Shown: positions 25,830 through 38,324 of the stretch, one piece after another | Position numbering within the stretch: position 1 is the stretch's first letter | Layout of the letters: each line of letters begins with the position of its first letter | NCBI GenBank assembly: GCA_013265495.1 | Contig: MU058213.1 | Location: forward strand, 1,178,001 to 1,242,000 | Source: Vicugna vicugna | Lineage: Eukaryota | Length of the DNA: 64,000 nt | Direction: 5' to 3' | The notes under the pieces: generated by a model | What the model was told of the DNA's origin: nothing | The model's database searches: none | What the model saw: the letters and a program-made list of their open reading frames with translations, nothing else | Made by a program: the position numbers and the translations under genes

Positions 25830-26430
25830 GAATAAATAAGTAGGTTTTGTGTTTCATGAGATTGAGATAAACAAGGCCTCACTGAGCAGTACCAGTGGAT
25901 ACACGTGTGATACTTTATGTAATGTATCTGATTGTCATTTATGCCATTCAGCTTTTCTGTGGGACATTGTCTTCATTTTATAAAATACATTTGAATTCAG
26001 GTTTAACCTGAATCTATAAATTTTAGATCTAACTTCCAGGTTATAGGAAAGTCAAAGCATAGAGAAACAAGCTAAACCACATCTGGAAGAAGTCATCAGA
26101 CGCACCCAGGAGGCCAGTCATTCAGTCGTCTGGGGGGCAGTCAACTGACCCACGTCTCCAGTCAGTCAGTAGCATGAGAAAAGGGAACGTTATAGATGAA
26201 AAGACAATAGGGACATAAAAGCAGGTGCAATGAAGGATCCTGTTATTGGATCCTAGTTTAGACAAACCAGCTATAAAGGACATTTTTAAGGATAATGTGA
26301 GAAATTTGAATTTTAACTAGGAATTATATGTTAAGGAATATATACATAAAATTTAATTTGGTTTAATATGAAAATGTTCTTTTGACTATTAAAAAAATGT
26401 TATTTTAAGAAGATATCCACTGAAGCTAAA
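25830..26430 (+). mobile_element. Old L1MC/L1ME 3'UTR fragment
   Basis: aacctgaatcta...ggatcctagtttagacaaaccagctataaaggacattttt...gaaatttgaat. Confidence 0.6.
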
Positions 26431-28019
26431 AAACAAACTACTTTCCCCAACCCCACCCCTCACCCCATCCAGAACTTTGAGTTCTTAAAATGAAGGTTAC
26501 CAGATCAATCAGGGTAGGGTAACAGGGCGGGACGACATTTTCATTTTTGTGCTGGTTAAAAGAAGTGTCACCATTGGCAACCAGGGGTGGGGTGTGTTTG
26601 CAGCCATGCGTGGCTGTCTTTTTTGAATGACCTCTCTGCAGGTGTTGAGTCCTTGTATTAAGTTTTGCACGGTCAGCAGAGCGGGCATGAGTTATGTAAA
26701 GCCAGGGACTCTTGCATCACAGTCATCAAGCCCTCTTACCCACATCCTGTCACATTCAGCTGCAGATGTGGCAAGAGGCTCTGAGGCAGCACAAAAGGCT
26801 GGAGACTGCCACCTGTGCTCCGGCCTCAGCCTATTGTGGGTCAAAGCGAGCTGCTGGGCCTCCGGGTTGGAGGGACGGGAGATGTGTGGGACTTCAGTGT
26901 CCTCCAAGCAAACAGACCTCAGAATCCTGTCTGTGCCTCGACAGTCTAACTAAAGAGTCTTTTCTTATGAGGAGCCAATGAGAAGAACCAGCTCTGATGT
27001 GGGCCCCCAGCTCCCTGATGGTTGGTTTGGACTAGACCTTGAGACGCCCACAGAGACAGTGTCCCCTACCTAGGCTGGACCAGAAACTCAAGAACTGCTC
27101 CTGTTGAAACTGATTCTTAAAGCTTATTCCTGTCAGTCCTAATGTCTTTCAAGCCGAGGTCCCTGCTGGTTCTGGCTGATTCTGAAGGCCATGTCTTTCC
27201 TTCTATCCTTCTGACCCACTGCTTTGCTGAAGGCACCGGGGGGCAGTTTCAGGATGCCAGGCAGCGAGTGTTCACTGACCCGGCAGCATGCTGCCCCTCT
27301 GTCCGTTAGCAGTAGGCTATGGATTAGGAGTGGTAGAAAGGATAGCTTTAAATAGATTTCTCTTTTGTTTGTTTGGTTTCAGGCCTAGTGATTGAGGTCA
27401 CTCTGGGAGAAGCTTCAGAAGCAGCAGGAAGCTCTGGTCAGAAGTTTTAGGTTTTATGTTTCACCACCGTTATCCTCCGACTTCCATGGGGGAAGGAAAA
27501 GGTTAGTCAGGTTGGATAGTGGAATAAGGAACAAAAGCTCTCAGTCTAGGGAAACCAGAATATCACACATTATTAAAATACACATTTTATATGTCTTAAC
27601 CCTCATGAGGCGGGATCGTCTTAGTTAGCACAACTCAGCTTCGTGGGGGAATCCTTGGTGCCTGTCTGCTGGGAGTCCACTCCTTCATAGATAAATGGCA
27701 GGAGCTTAGTAAATAGGTCACAACAGGAAAAATAAACAGCAGAACTTCAACTCCACTCTTGGAAGGTGGTCCTGGTGGTTTCCAGATAAGGAAAAGTCCC
27801 CCAGTGGGAATAATCTGCAAAGGCAGGCAAGCTAACAAATGGACACCTGTGGGATTCACTATGCCTGTTTTGGAGGCTATTAAATATTCTGTTTTTGAGT
27901 CCATGGTCAAGGCACAAAGCATCCCTTCCTTGGATGAAATTTTTTACTACGGCTATTCTGGATTTCTTTCACAATGGCTGTGTAGGGTATTTTGAAAATG
28001 GTTAAATTTATTATTTATA

Positions 28020-28210
28020 CCAGAAATTGTCAACCTATATATAGTCTGTGAGCCAGATCCTAGCCACAGCCTGTTTTTGTACAATCTGTGAGCTAAGAAT
28101 GATGTTTACATTTAACAGTCAAAAATATTTAAAAAATAATATTTCACAGCATGTGACTATTATAGTAATTCAGTTCAGTGTCCACAAATAAAGTTTTATT
28201 GGAACATTTT
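28020..28210. mobile_element. hAT-Charlie MITE fragment
   Basis: gcctgtttttgtaca...tgagctaagaatgatgtttacattt...cagtgtccacaaataaagttttattggaaca. Confidence 0.7.
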
Positions 28211-29109
28211 TAACAAAGAGGCAGTAATTGGGATGGGTTTCCACCCTGCGGAAGGAGAGCTGGACTCATCCAACGTCTTGGCTTTAAGTCCTAGTTCTGG
28301 CTCTGGCTGGCAGTGGTCTTTTAAATAAGTCTCCTGACCTGCCTGGGGTTCAGTGACTACCAAAGACGGCTGAGATACTGAGGTCAGGTGTTAAAGAGAG
28401 AAGACAGCAGAGAAAAGACAGAGAAATGACTGGAGTTCCTTCCAGACCCACCATTCTCAGAAAAACCAACAAGAAATCTGGTAGTAGTCTTATTTTAAAA
28501 TTATTAAACTTTCATACTATTAATGATTTATAGTTTCTTTGTAATTTCTTCTTTGAAAGTCTCTCAAACTCACCCTTGGTTATTCTTTCAATAGTGTGGC
28601 ATTAGTGCTTGGTGGAGGCAGTGCCTGGGGCTACTCCTTCCTCCTGCCCCAGGCTGGGGTGGGAGCAGGGTGGGGATAGGGTGGGGTGGATAATTTTGCC
28701 TCCAAGCCTTACATCATTGTTTACCAGTAATTTCCTCCATGCCTCATCACTTAAGTGTCCAAAAAATGGCATCACCCTATAATGACTGTACATTAAATAA
28801 TGACAGTGTCACCTTTATCCCCTGCATCCAGGACACATTGTTTCATCTCCCCCTCTTCAATATCCTGTCTTCTTCCTGGATTTTGCTAATGAGAAACTGG
28901 TCAAGTGCCGCCACCTACTGGCCAAAGTGTATATAACTAAGCGGCCGTGGCATGGAAAATGTTAAAACCCAATCAATGTTTCCAAGACAAGATACTTCGT
29001 TGCAAACCACTGGGCTGCTGCTTTTCACATTATTCTTTTGGCAAATCAGGGGTCCACAGTTGTACTTTCAGAGAAAAATGAATTTAGACTTACTTGTTTA
29101 AGCCAAAGT

Positions 29110-30300
29110 TTTTAAACGTTTTATGTGTTGAAATAATTTTAGACTTACGGAAAAGTTGCACAAATAGGACTGGGGGTTCTGTTCACCCTTTATCCAGATA
29201 CCCCTAATGTTCATATTTTACATAACCATTGTGCAATTACTGAAATTAGGAAATTAACATTGATATAATACTTTATTCTATAGACCTGATTTGAATTTTA
29301 ACTGTTTTCCCACTAATGTCCTTTTTCTTGTCCAGAATCCAGTGCAGGAGCTCACGTTGTCATGTCTCCTGAGTCTCTTCCAGTGGTGACAATTCCTCAG
29401 TCTTTCTTGACCATCATAAACCTTTTAAAGAGTACTGGTAAACTAATTTTGTATCTTGCCGGGAAGATACTTAGAATTTGCACTGTGAACGAAAATACTG
29501 CAAACCACATCAGTAAATAAAGAATGCTGAAACCAAGTCATAAGCGGCTGCCACCCCCCCATCCCCTCCAGTGAAGACAAACCTGCAGCCCAGCCTCTGC
29601 AGCCACTCACAATGGTGCACTCTGAGCGGACTCAGAATAATAAAGAGCAAGATAATGGTCCCAGATAGCTAGATGGTTGTCAAAGAAATGAATTCAATGA
29701 GCCCAAATGTTTGCTTCCTCCCATACAAAGAAAAGCACTACATTCTTTAACTTGAGATGCCTGGTTTCTTTAGATAGCAAGTAATCTTTTGTTGTTCCAA
29801 CTACCTGGTCTTTGTTGTCAAATTCCTACATATCCCAGCTCCTCCCCTACCTCTTCGGAGCAGTCCCTCAGAGCATCTGAGAGGCTGTCATCCTGGCTCG
29901 AGTCCTCCCGCCAAATAAAACATAACTCTCAACTTTTAGGCTGGGCATTTATTTCAGCCGACAGTGCGTATCCAATTTTTCATCATTCTTTTGCCTCTGA
30001 GTTTAGCATTCGTCAATGTTTGTTGCCTGAAACACCTGTTACTGAGGTGTTTGCCTAGTGGTGATTTCCACCTCTCCATTTTAAAATCGGAATTCTACTG
30101 TAAAGGAGGACTGTCCCTTCCTCCCATTTATTTATTTATTTAGTTATATATTTATGTTACTCTGGACTTGATATTTATTTTATTCTGTGGGTTACAAATC
30201 AATACCCTCATTATTTATTTTGTAGTTCAAATTTTTCAAGCTGAGGCCTTCGGAGGCTCTTTGAAGTCTGCTCCTGTGCCCTTTGACGTGCCTCATTATT
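29110..30300 (-). mobile_element. Old L1MC-type 3' end interrupted by a solo LTR
   Basis: ttgaaataattttagacttacggaaaagttgca...; resumes after 29967. Confidence 0.65.
29484..29963 (+). mobile_element. ERV1-class solo LTR (MER41-like, name tentative), 480 bp
   Basis: TG...CA termini (tgtgaacgaaaa ... cagccgaca), aataaa near the 3' end, ggagcagtccctcagagc...gagaggctgtc motif. Confidence 0.75.
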
Positions 30301-31860
30301 TAAAAAATAACAGTATTAAGCTATAACTCACATACTATGAAATTTACCCATATAAAATGTGCGATCAGTGGTTTTTAGTATATTTACAAGATTGTGCAAC
30401 CATCACCACTAATTCTAGAATATTTTAATGACTCACCAGAGAAACCCCGGACCCATTAGCAGTCACTCCCATTTCCTCTTTCCCTCAGGCACTGGCAGCC
30501 ACTAATCTATTTTCTTTTCCTATGGACTTGCCTATTCTGGACATTTCATATAAGTGGAATCATACAATATTTGGCCTTTTGTGACTGGCTTCTTTCACTT
30601 AGCATAGTATTTCCAAAGTTCACCCGTGTTGCAATCTTTTTATAGCTGAATAGCAGTTCAATACATGGACATACTCCACGTTGTTTATCCGTTTATCCAG
30701 CTGATGAACATCTGGCTTATTCCTACTTTTTGGCTGTTATGATTAATGCTGCTATAAACCGTAGTGTACAGACTTTTGTGTGAACATATGTTTTCAGTTC
30801 TTCTGGCTATATACCTACTGGTAGAATTGCTGGATCAAACGGTAACTCCATGAGTTAACAATTTGAGGAACTGCCAAATTATTTTCTAAAGAGTCTGTAC
30901 CTTTTTACATTCCCACCAGTAATGTATGAGGCTTCTAATTCCTCTATATCTTTGCCAATACTTGTTATTATCTCTTTTATTATAGCTATATTAGCGGGCA
31001 TGAAGTAGTATTTCCTTGTAGGTTAGATCTGCATTTCCCCAATGACTAATTGTACTGACCATCTTTGCACGTGCTTATCTGCCATACCATTTGTGTATCA
31101 TATTGGAATTTACTTAGATTATATTTAATTTTTTTCAATGATATGTTGCAGTTTTCAGTGTACAAGTCTTGCACTTCTTTTGTTAACTTTATTCCTAAGT
31201 ATTTTATTCTTTTTGATGTTAATGTAAACGGAATTTTCTTAATTTCGTTTTTAGATTGTTCATTGCTAGTGTATAGAAATACAATTGATTTTGGCATAAT
31301 GATTTTGTATCTTGCAAACTTGCTGAATTTTCTTATTAGTTCTATTAAGTTTTTGTAGATCTCAGGATTTTCAATATACAAGATCATGTCATCTGTGCTA
31401 GAGACAGTTTTACTTCTTCCTTTTCAGTCTGGATGCCTTTTCATTTCTTTTTCTTGCCTATTTGCCCTGGCTAGAACCTCCAGTACAATTCTGAATAGAA
31501 GTGATGATACATCCTTGTATTATCCCTGATCGTAGGAGGAAAGCATTCACTCTTTTGCTATTAAGTATAATGTTAGTTATGAGTTTTTTTCATAGATGTG
31601 TTTAATCAGGTTGAAGAAGTTCCCTTCTATTTCTGCTTTGTTGAGAGTTTTTATTTATTGAAAAGGTGTTGAATTTTGTCAAGTGCTTTTTCTGCATCTA
31701 TTAAGATGAGCATGTGGATTTTTTTCCTTGATACATTAGTGTTGTATATTACATTAATTATATTCAGAAGTCAAATCAACCTTGCATTGTTAAGATAAAT
31801 CCCCCTCTATCATGGTGCATCATCCTTTCTGTATGTTGCTGAGCTTGGTTTGCTGGTGTT
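30300..31860 (-). mobile_element. LINE-1 (L1MB-type) 3' end plus ORF2 RT fragment
   Basis: ORF 31046-31387(-) MILYIENP...KSIVFLYTSNEQ...KRIKYLGIKLTKEVQDLYTEN is L1 RT sequence just after the catalytic DD motif; typical antisense 3'UTR at 30300-31060. Confidence 0.92.
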
Positions 31861-32674
31861 GCTCTGGGGAGCAAAACCATCCCCTGTTAAAAATCACTGC
31901 TGGAGGGAAGACTAGATTGTTTTCTATTCTCTTTATAGCGAACATCTTTATAAGGAGGAAATGTAAGTGTATGTGGCCAATGCTGCAGCCTGATGGAAAG
32001 AGACTTTATATGAAGAAAAAGGCTTCCCAGCCCAACTGGTGGGCACAGCTGTAAATGGCATCCGTAGATGCTATGGAACTGAGAGCAGATGGGACAATCC
32101 TTGAGTCAGGCACAGGCTGCGGAGGAAGTCAAATGTTTTTATCACCTGGAGTGGAAATTCTAAATCTCAGACGTTGAATTAGGCTATGCATTTTAACCAG
32201 AACCCCGGGTGATTTGTGTGCTCACTAGTCTGAGAAGCACCACATTGAGAAACTTGTTGAAGATCATAGAGACAAAAATAGCCAAAAGAGGGATCGATAT
32301 CGCCCAACTTCTGCCTACTGTGTGTTTTTGTGTGTGCATCTGTGTGTGTGTTGTTTGTGGGTAGCCACTGTGGATTTAATTAAGCCCACAAAAGTGTATT
32401 AAAAGGCTCACATGTACCAGTTAGCATGCTGGTGCTGATGAAAAAGACCCAAGAGGCTCACAGACTTGTGGAAGATATAGAGGTGCCAATAAGAAATTAA
32501 AATGCAGTATCATTAATGCAATAAGGAAAGAAAATAGCACAGTGTGGCATACATGTGTGTACATTTGTAGTTACATGCATAGATATGTTCAAGTCCATAT
32601 ACCTATATTGTTGAATATCTGTATTTGTGCTTGTATATCTCTGTGTAGGTCAGCTAGGAGGATGTTTTAGACCA

Positions 32675-33520
32675 ATTTTTATCATACTTTGTTGAGGCAT
32701 AATTTATACATAGTAAAATTCACAGATTTTAAGTGTGCAGATTAACCAGTCTTTTCAAATGCATACACTCCTGTAACCCACACTCCCATCATGAAACTGG
32801 ACATTTCTATCCCTCTAGAAAGTTCTCTTGTGCCCCTCCCCTAATCAACACCCCAAGAAGTAACCACTGCTATGACTTCTATCACCAAAGACGAGTTTTA
32901 CCTATTTTAGTGCTTCACATAAATGGAGTCGTGCAGTTTGCTCTTTTTTAGGTGTATGGTTTCTTTCACTCAGCAAAAATGCTGTATCTGTATTTTGTCT
33001 TTTCTAGTGCTGAGCACTGTTCCTTTGTGTGGTTATACCATGGCTTGTTAGCCATTCTCCTTTGTTGGATACTTGGCATATTTCCAGTCTGGGGTTAATT
33101 TTAATAAAGATAATATGAATGTTTATCTCCAAAGCTTTCTGTAGACAGGTTTTTGAAAATATTCTATTTTGACATTATTTCAAACTTACATAGCAGGGAA
33201 GGTATAGCTCAAGTGGCAGAGCGCATGTAAGCATCCACAAGGTCCTGGGTTCAATCCCCAGTACCTCCTCTAAAAATAAATAAATACACCTAACTACAAC
33301 CCCCTCCAAAAAATGGCATATAAACTTACAGAAAAGTTGCAAGAATAGTATAAAGAATTCTTGTCTACCCATTAGTCAGACTCTACAATGTTTAACATTT
33401 TGCTACATTTGCTTTATCATTTTGTGTGTACATGTTTACATTATTATTTTTTCCCCTGAACCTTCAGAGAACAGGTTATATACATCATGCCCATTTTTCT
33501 CTGAATACTTTCACATATTA
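32675..33520 (-). mobile_element. Old L1ME-type 3' fragments
   Basis: ttgaggcataatttatacatagtaaaattcacagattttaagtgt...; acagaaaagttgcaagaatagt. Confidence 0.7.
33191..33321 (+). mobile_element. tRNA-derived SINE (Vic-1-like) inserted in L1ME
   Basis: ggtatagctcaagtggcagagcgcatg...ggtcctgggttcaatccccagtacctcc; aaacttaca at 33182-33190 and 33322-33330. Confidence 0.9.
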
Positions 33521-33654
33521 TACTCATAAGTAAGCTTTGGGTCTCTCAGTGGGGTGGTGGGAGCTATGCTGAGCTCTGCCTCAAGGATGATTAATACCAA
33601 CTTTATTTCAATAGCGTGTAAAAACTTTGCTCCTCGATAGGTCTGTTCTCACCT

Positions 33655-33790
33655 ACGATGGTCAGTTTTATGTGTCTGATCTCCAGTTAGGCAAACACTA
33701 ACCTAGATGTTGCTGTGAAGGTATTTGGTGGATGTGATTACTGTTCATAATTTGACGTTCAGTAGAAGACATTATCCCACACTGATGTGC
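33655..33790 (+). mobile_element. MLT2-like LTR 5' fragment
   Basis: gatggtcagttttatgtgtc...ctagatgttgctgtgaaggtatt...gatgtgatta. Confidence 0.6.
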
Positions 33791-34325
33791 ATAGATGTGC
33801 AGATTCACAGGAATATTTCAGAGATTTTCAGAGCCCGTTATGGATATCTCATTCCCCAGCTAGTACTCAGCCCAGCAGGAATTCCAAACCCAGTTTCCCT
33901 TTTCCTCGAGCCAGGCCTCTTAATCAGTCTCCATACTTTTCTCAAAACACAGGAAGATCCTAATTTCTCAGCCATCCCAGAGCTCCACACACATACAACA
34001 CACACATGCACACGCACACACACGCGTGCGTGCAAGTTATTTCATTGGAGGGGACTTTTAAAGGATATCCTCTCTAATAATAAATTTCGTTTCTTCCGAG
34101 TGTCAATCAGGTTCATATAAATGGCTCACGTCTACAAATAGAATGTCCCACTTCCATTTATAAACAACGCCCTCCTCCACTAGAGAATACCTCTTTCTTT
34201 TTTCCCACTTAATTAATCTTTCTTTAAATTGTGCCACTGGCTTGATTTCTCAAGCCTTTCGTGCTCTCAGCCTCACCCTTCCTCCAAAGAAAACCCACGA
34301 GCTACTGACTGGGGATTGCAGAGAG

Positions 34326-34410
34326 AATAAAAACAAAAGAAGGCAAGAATTGTCTAAATTTAAAGTGCTGGAAAATCCAACATTTTATTTACTACATTTT
34401 GGTGACTACA
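34326..34410 (-). terminator. Distal cleavage/polyadenylation signal
   Basis: mRNA sense: TGTA (34410-34407), TGTA (34396-34393), AATAAA (34389-34384), a CA ~17 nt downstream (~34366), then U-rich ttcttgccttcttttgtttttatt. Confidence 0.72.
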
Positions 34411-37139
34411 TAAATGCTGAAACATTTTAACACTGAAAAGCATGATGGCATCATCACTTGCTTTTTTTTCTTTTTTTCTTTTTTGCTTAGCAAACACAGC
34501 AGATGATATTGCACGGCATAAAGTGAGAACAGTAGCGAAGCTTAAAAAAAAAATGAAAGAAACCTTAATGCAGTACAGGAGATACTCATAAACAAACCAG
34601 GATAATGCCTAATGCATTACACTTTTTGTTGCTACACACAAAAATACAGAAGAAGCATTGGACAGAGAGAAAGAGAGAGAGACAAAATATTAGCAAACAA
34701 CCATAACTGGGTACAATAATCATTTAGTCTGAAATGTAGATGCAACACAGAAACTATCACTGCTTTCTAATTGACAAAGAAAATGACAGCAACATTTGTC
34801 TTTTATCAAAAGTCTTCTAAGCCCCTCATGGTTAGGTTTTAAAATGCATTAATTACGTATTTACCTTTTTTTTTCATTGCTAAGGAAGAACTCCCTCTGC
34901 TCTTGGAAGATTTTCTACTCTACTGATCTTTTTTTAATTTAATTTTTTTTTTTTACCTGATGATTGTCTTAGGCACCCTCCTTACATAATAAACCATCAA
35001 GCTAACTTGAACAGGGAAACTGAGTCACACTCAAACAATAGCTAAGGTCAAAGGTGGACTGAAAATAGAAGAGGGGGAGGGACAGGTCTAAGTGAGTGAC
35101 AGGTGGGCTGACTTCAGAAGGGACAAGAAACACAGGGAGATACGAACACAACTACCCAAACAAGTGGAAGACAATGTTTTACAGTTTATTTTGTTAAAAA
35201 ATACTTGTCACTTGGTTCAGATGGCAAATCTAAAATGAGCCCACAATGATTATGTAATAAATGCAGAACATACCACAAAAAGAAACATTGAGACAGAAAA
35301 TATGACCTTGTGAATACAACTCTGTTCAGCGTTTCATTGCCGATGGTAAAAGTCTCCTGCCTCAACCATTTTCCTGGGCTTTCTATAACTCACTGCACAG
35401 CATTTGTATTAAAAACAAGTAATTAGTCAATGCTTACCAACAGAGCACTGAATGATCCTGCAACTCAGAGCAGATTTATTGCCCTATTAAAATATATAAC
35501 GAGTATAAAAATGTTTCTAAGAAAATGTAACATTTGACCCAAAGTCTAAGCCCTCCCTTTCTTTCCCCACCCCAAACACCCCTGCAAAATAAAGTCAGGT
35601 AAGATTCTTGTATTGGAAGAAAAAGTATTTACATCTATGGATTTATACCATGGAATTGAAGCAAGTTATTTTTGCAAAAAAAGCAAAAGAGTGGGCACCG
35701 GGTCTTCTGAAGATGCCGCTAGTCGGCTGAGAATCCAGCGTGTGTGCTGATCTGCAGCAGGGCTGAGAATCTGAACAGCCTCCACGTAGGGGGCCTGCGG
35801 CAGGGACCATCTTTAGCATGGACAAGAAAACTAGTGGGAAGATCGAGTGAGAGGAGACAAACCCAAATAGGTCTGGAGTTTATTCATCCCTGGGACACTG
35901 ACATTTGAGAATTCTTGCAGTCTGGGTCAGGGTCAGGGGTTTGGGGAAAGCAGGGGGTAATTGTGGGTGGTAGATTCCAGGGAGAAAACGGGAGGAATAT
36001 GTGGATTTGAAATATTTTTCTTAAACTTGATTGCTAATTGGGGCTCAGCAGTCAGGTTTTGCTTCTTCCACGGGTGGGCTAGAAGGGCAGCTGCCCCTCA
36101 GCTGCCCCTCCACCTTGACTTTCTCTGTAAAGTCATGAGACTGTGAGACTCTTTCCTTAGCTCTGCAAAAGGAGCTATGTCTCCGTGCCCCATCCCCTGC
36201 CTTGAAGCAGTTCAGAAACTTGGTGAAACTTAAGAGGATTTCCAAATTCAAGTTAGCTTGTCTCTGAGTTTTTACGCTTTTTACTTCTCATACCCGGGCG
36301 AATGATTTAAAAAAAAAAAAGGAGTAAATTATCTCACAAATGCCGGTGCTTTGAAACATTAAACAAATCTTAAATTCTTCGGAATTTCAGGTCTAACCTG
36401 CAAAGTAATCTTTTCTTTAAAAAAGAAAACACATAATAAATTAAAGGAAGAACACGAATAATGCCTTCTCTCTGACAAAAAGGACTATCTTGAAACACCC
36501 ATTTTGGCATGTACAGATTTTTTGAGGGGGGAACCTGGCAGTGTTCACAACACACATTGAAGTGCCTGCTAAGAAAAGCTAAAGATACACCCTGCAGTTA
36601 AGAGAAGCTCTTGCCTTCAGCTTGTCTTAGCATCGAGAACAAAAAAGATTGTAACATAAAGCTTTGGCCATTTCCATTCTACTATATACACTTTAAAAAC
36701 TACACAGTCATAAATTAATGCAGTGATTAAATAAGCTCATATAAAATGTAATTTAAATTAAAAAAATCACAGCACATTACAGAGAAAAATAGGAACCAGT
36801 TTCACAAAAAAGAGATTATATATACTTTTTTACCCTGTGGAAACAAATTTACTACGAAACACAAAAACTTCATAAGTAACCATCAGAACGAAAATCATTT
36901 CTTATTCCATTCTTGCATTTTTTTTTACACAACCCTTAACCCACCTGGGGAACATTTCCAGAAATTAAGTCTTCCTTGAGCAACAGAGCAGTTCTGCCAA
37001 GAAAATAAACCCCAAACCGAAGTAGGGGGTGGGGGTGGGGGTGGGGGACATCCCAAACATACAAACTACAAAATAAATAAGAATTATAAAGTTTTTTTTT
37101 AAAAGTAACCTTAACAATTATCAAACTAGTAAGTTCTGC

Positions 37140-37184
37140 CTTATCACATAGACTCTCTATACAACATAACCCTAAAACTTTATT
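37140..37184 (-). terminator. Candidate internal poly(A) signal
   Basis: AATAAA at 37184-37179 followed by GU-rich gttttagggttatgttgtatag. Confidence 0.4.
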
Positions 37185-37288
37185 ACTATGAGGTATTTGG
37201 AGGAATTGGTAAAAGTGACGCACGGCCTGCCTGGTGGAGGGTCTCGGTGAAGTGGGGGGGAACTTCGAGAGGGAAGGAGGAGGAGGAG

Positions 37289-38324
37289 CTTTGGTTTATC
37301 AGCAAGAAATTGGGAAACGAAAGTCATCCTTTGGTATCAAAGAAAGTTTCATTGCATGGTTGCACGGAAAAAGCACCACGGTGAATAATTATTCCTTTTT
37401 TTTTTTTCATTAGTGGCCTTTCTAAGAGGCTGAGGTATTCAAAGAGTATAAGGTGAGAGAGGTCAACAGCGGTTTAACACTTTGGTTCAAGCAAGGCACT
37501 CGTCCTAGGAGTTTACAAAGTTTGCAACATGTTTGCCTAGAGATTTACAAGTAGAACTAGCAGTAATAAGAGTAGTCTTTCCTAATGTTGTTGTTATCAT
37601 TATCGTATCGTTATTATTAAGAATGAAGACAAGTTTACACACTGAGTGAAGAGTGAGGAGGGGAGAGGAGGTGGGAGGGGGGAAGGGGCGGAGTTCCCTC
37701 TGCAGACCAAGGCCGTGCATGAAAATATCTTTGGTATTCTTTGGTATCATCAATGTGATTAAAATCACCAATGGAAATCGAGTGAGGTAGCGTCTTTGGT
37801 TCACACTATAAATAGTAGATCTTTACACTTTTTTTTTTTTTTTTTACACGTGGAAGTAGCTATTTCTTACCTTCTGCTTCGTTGTCCTTACTATTTAGGA
37901 AATAGTTACCAAATGTACTGTAAAGCTAACCACACCACAAGAATAATCCAGAAGGCCAATTGCGTCTCAAAACAGCCTCTGGTGTTTGAATGCACCCTAA
38001 ACAACTAGATAGGAAAAGGGAGAAGTGCTTTCTCTTTGTTTGCTAAATGCATAGTTTTCATCCTTTATGTACAAAGAAGGGAGGACCTTTCTTAGGGAAA
38101 ATGTCTTTATAGCTCATGTGAAAATGTCCTAGGACTCTTTGGTATAGCAAAGTTTGCATTTAACTTGCAAAGACTGGTCATTCACCTGGGGTAGCAATGG
38201 GAGTGACATGAGTCCAAAAGCGCTTTTACTTTTTTTCCTGCATAATTAACTATGCTTTTGGGGGGGCAGAGTGAGTGACTTGTTCAGTTAGAACTTCTAA
38301 ATTTCCCCACACAGTTTCTTTGGT
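37289..38324 (-). promoter_or_regulatory. miR-9-5p seed-site cluster (8 sites in ~1 kb)
   Basis: Plus-strand TCTTTGGT (mRNA ACCAAAGA) at 37728, 37738, 37793, 38136, 38317; CTTTGGT at 37289, 37329, 37480. Confidence 0.8.

Noticed and set aside
37289..38324. Recurring CTTTGGT as a CRISPR-like array, tandem repeat or miR-9 gene
   Set aside because: Irregular spacing, only 7-10 nt shared, no full mature miR-9 sequence or hairpin; it fits target sites.
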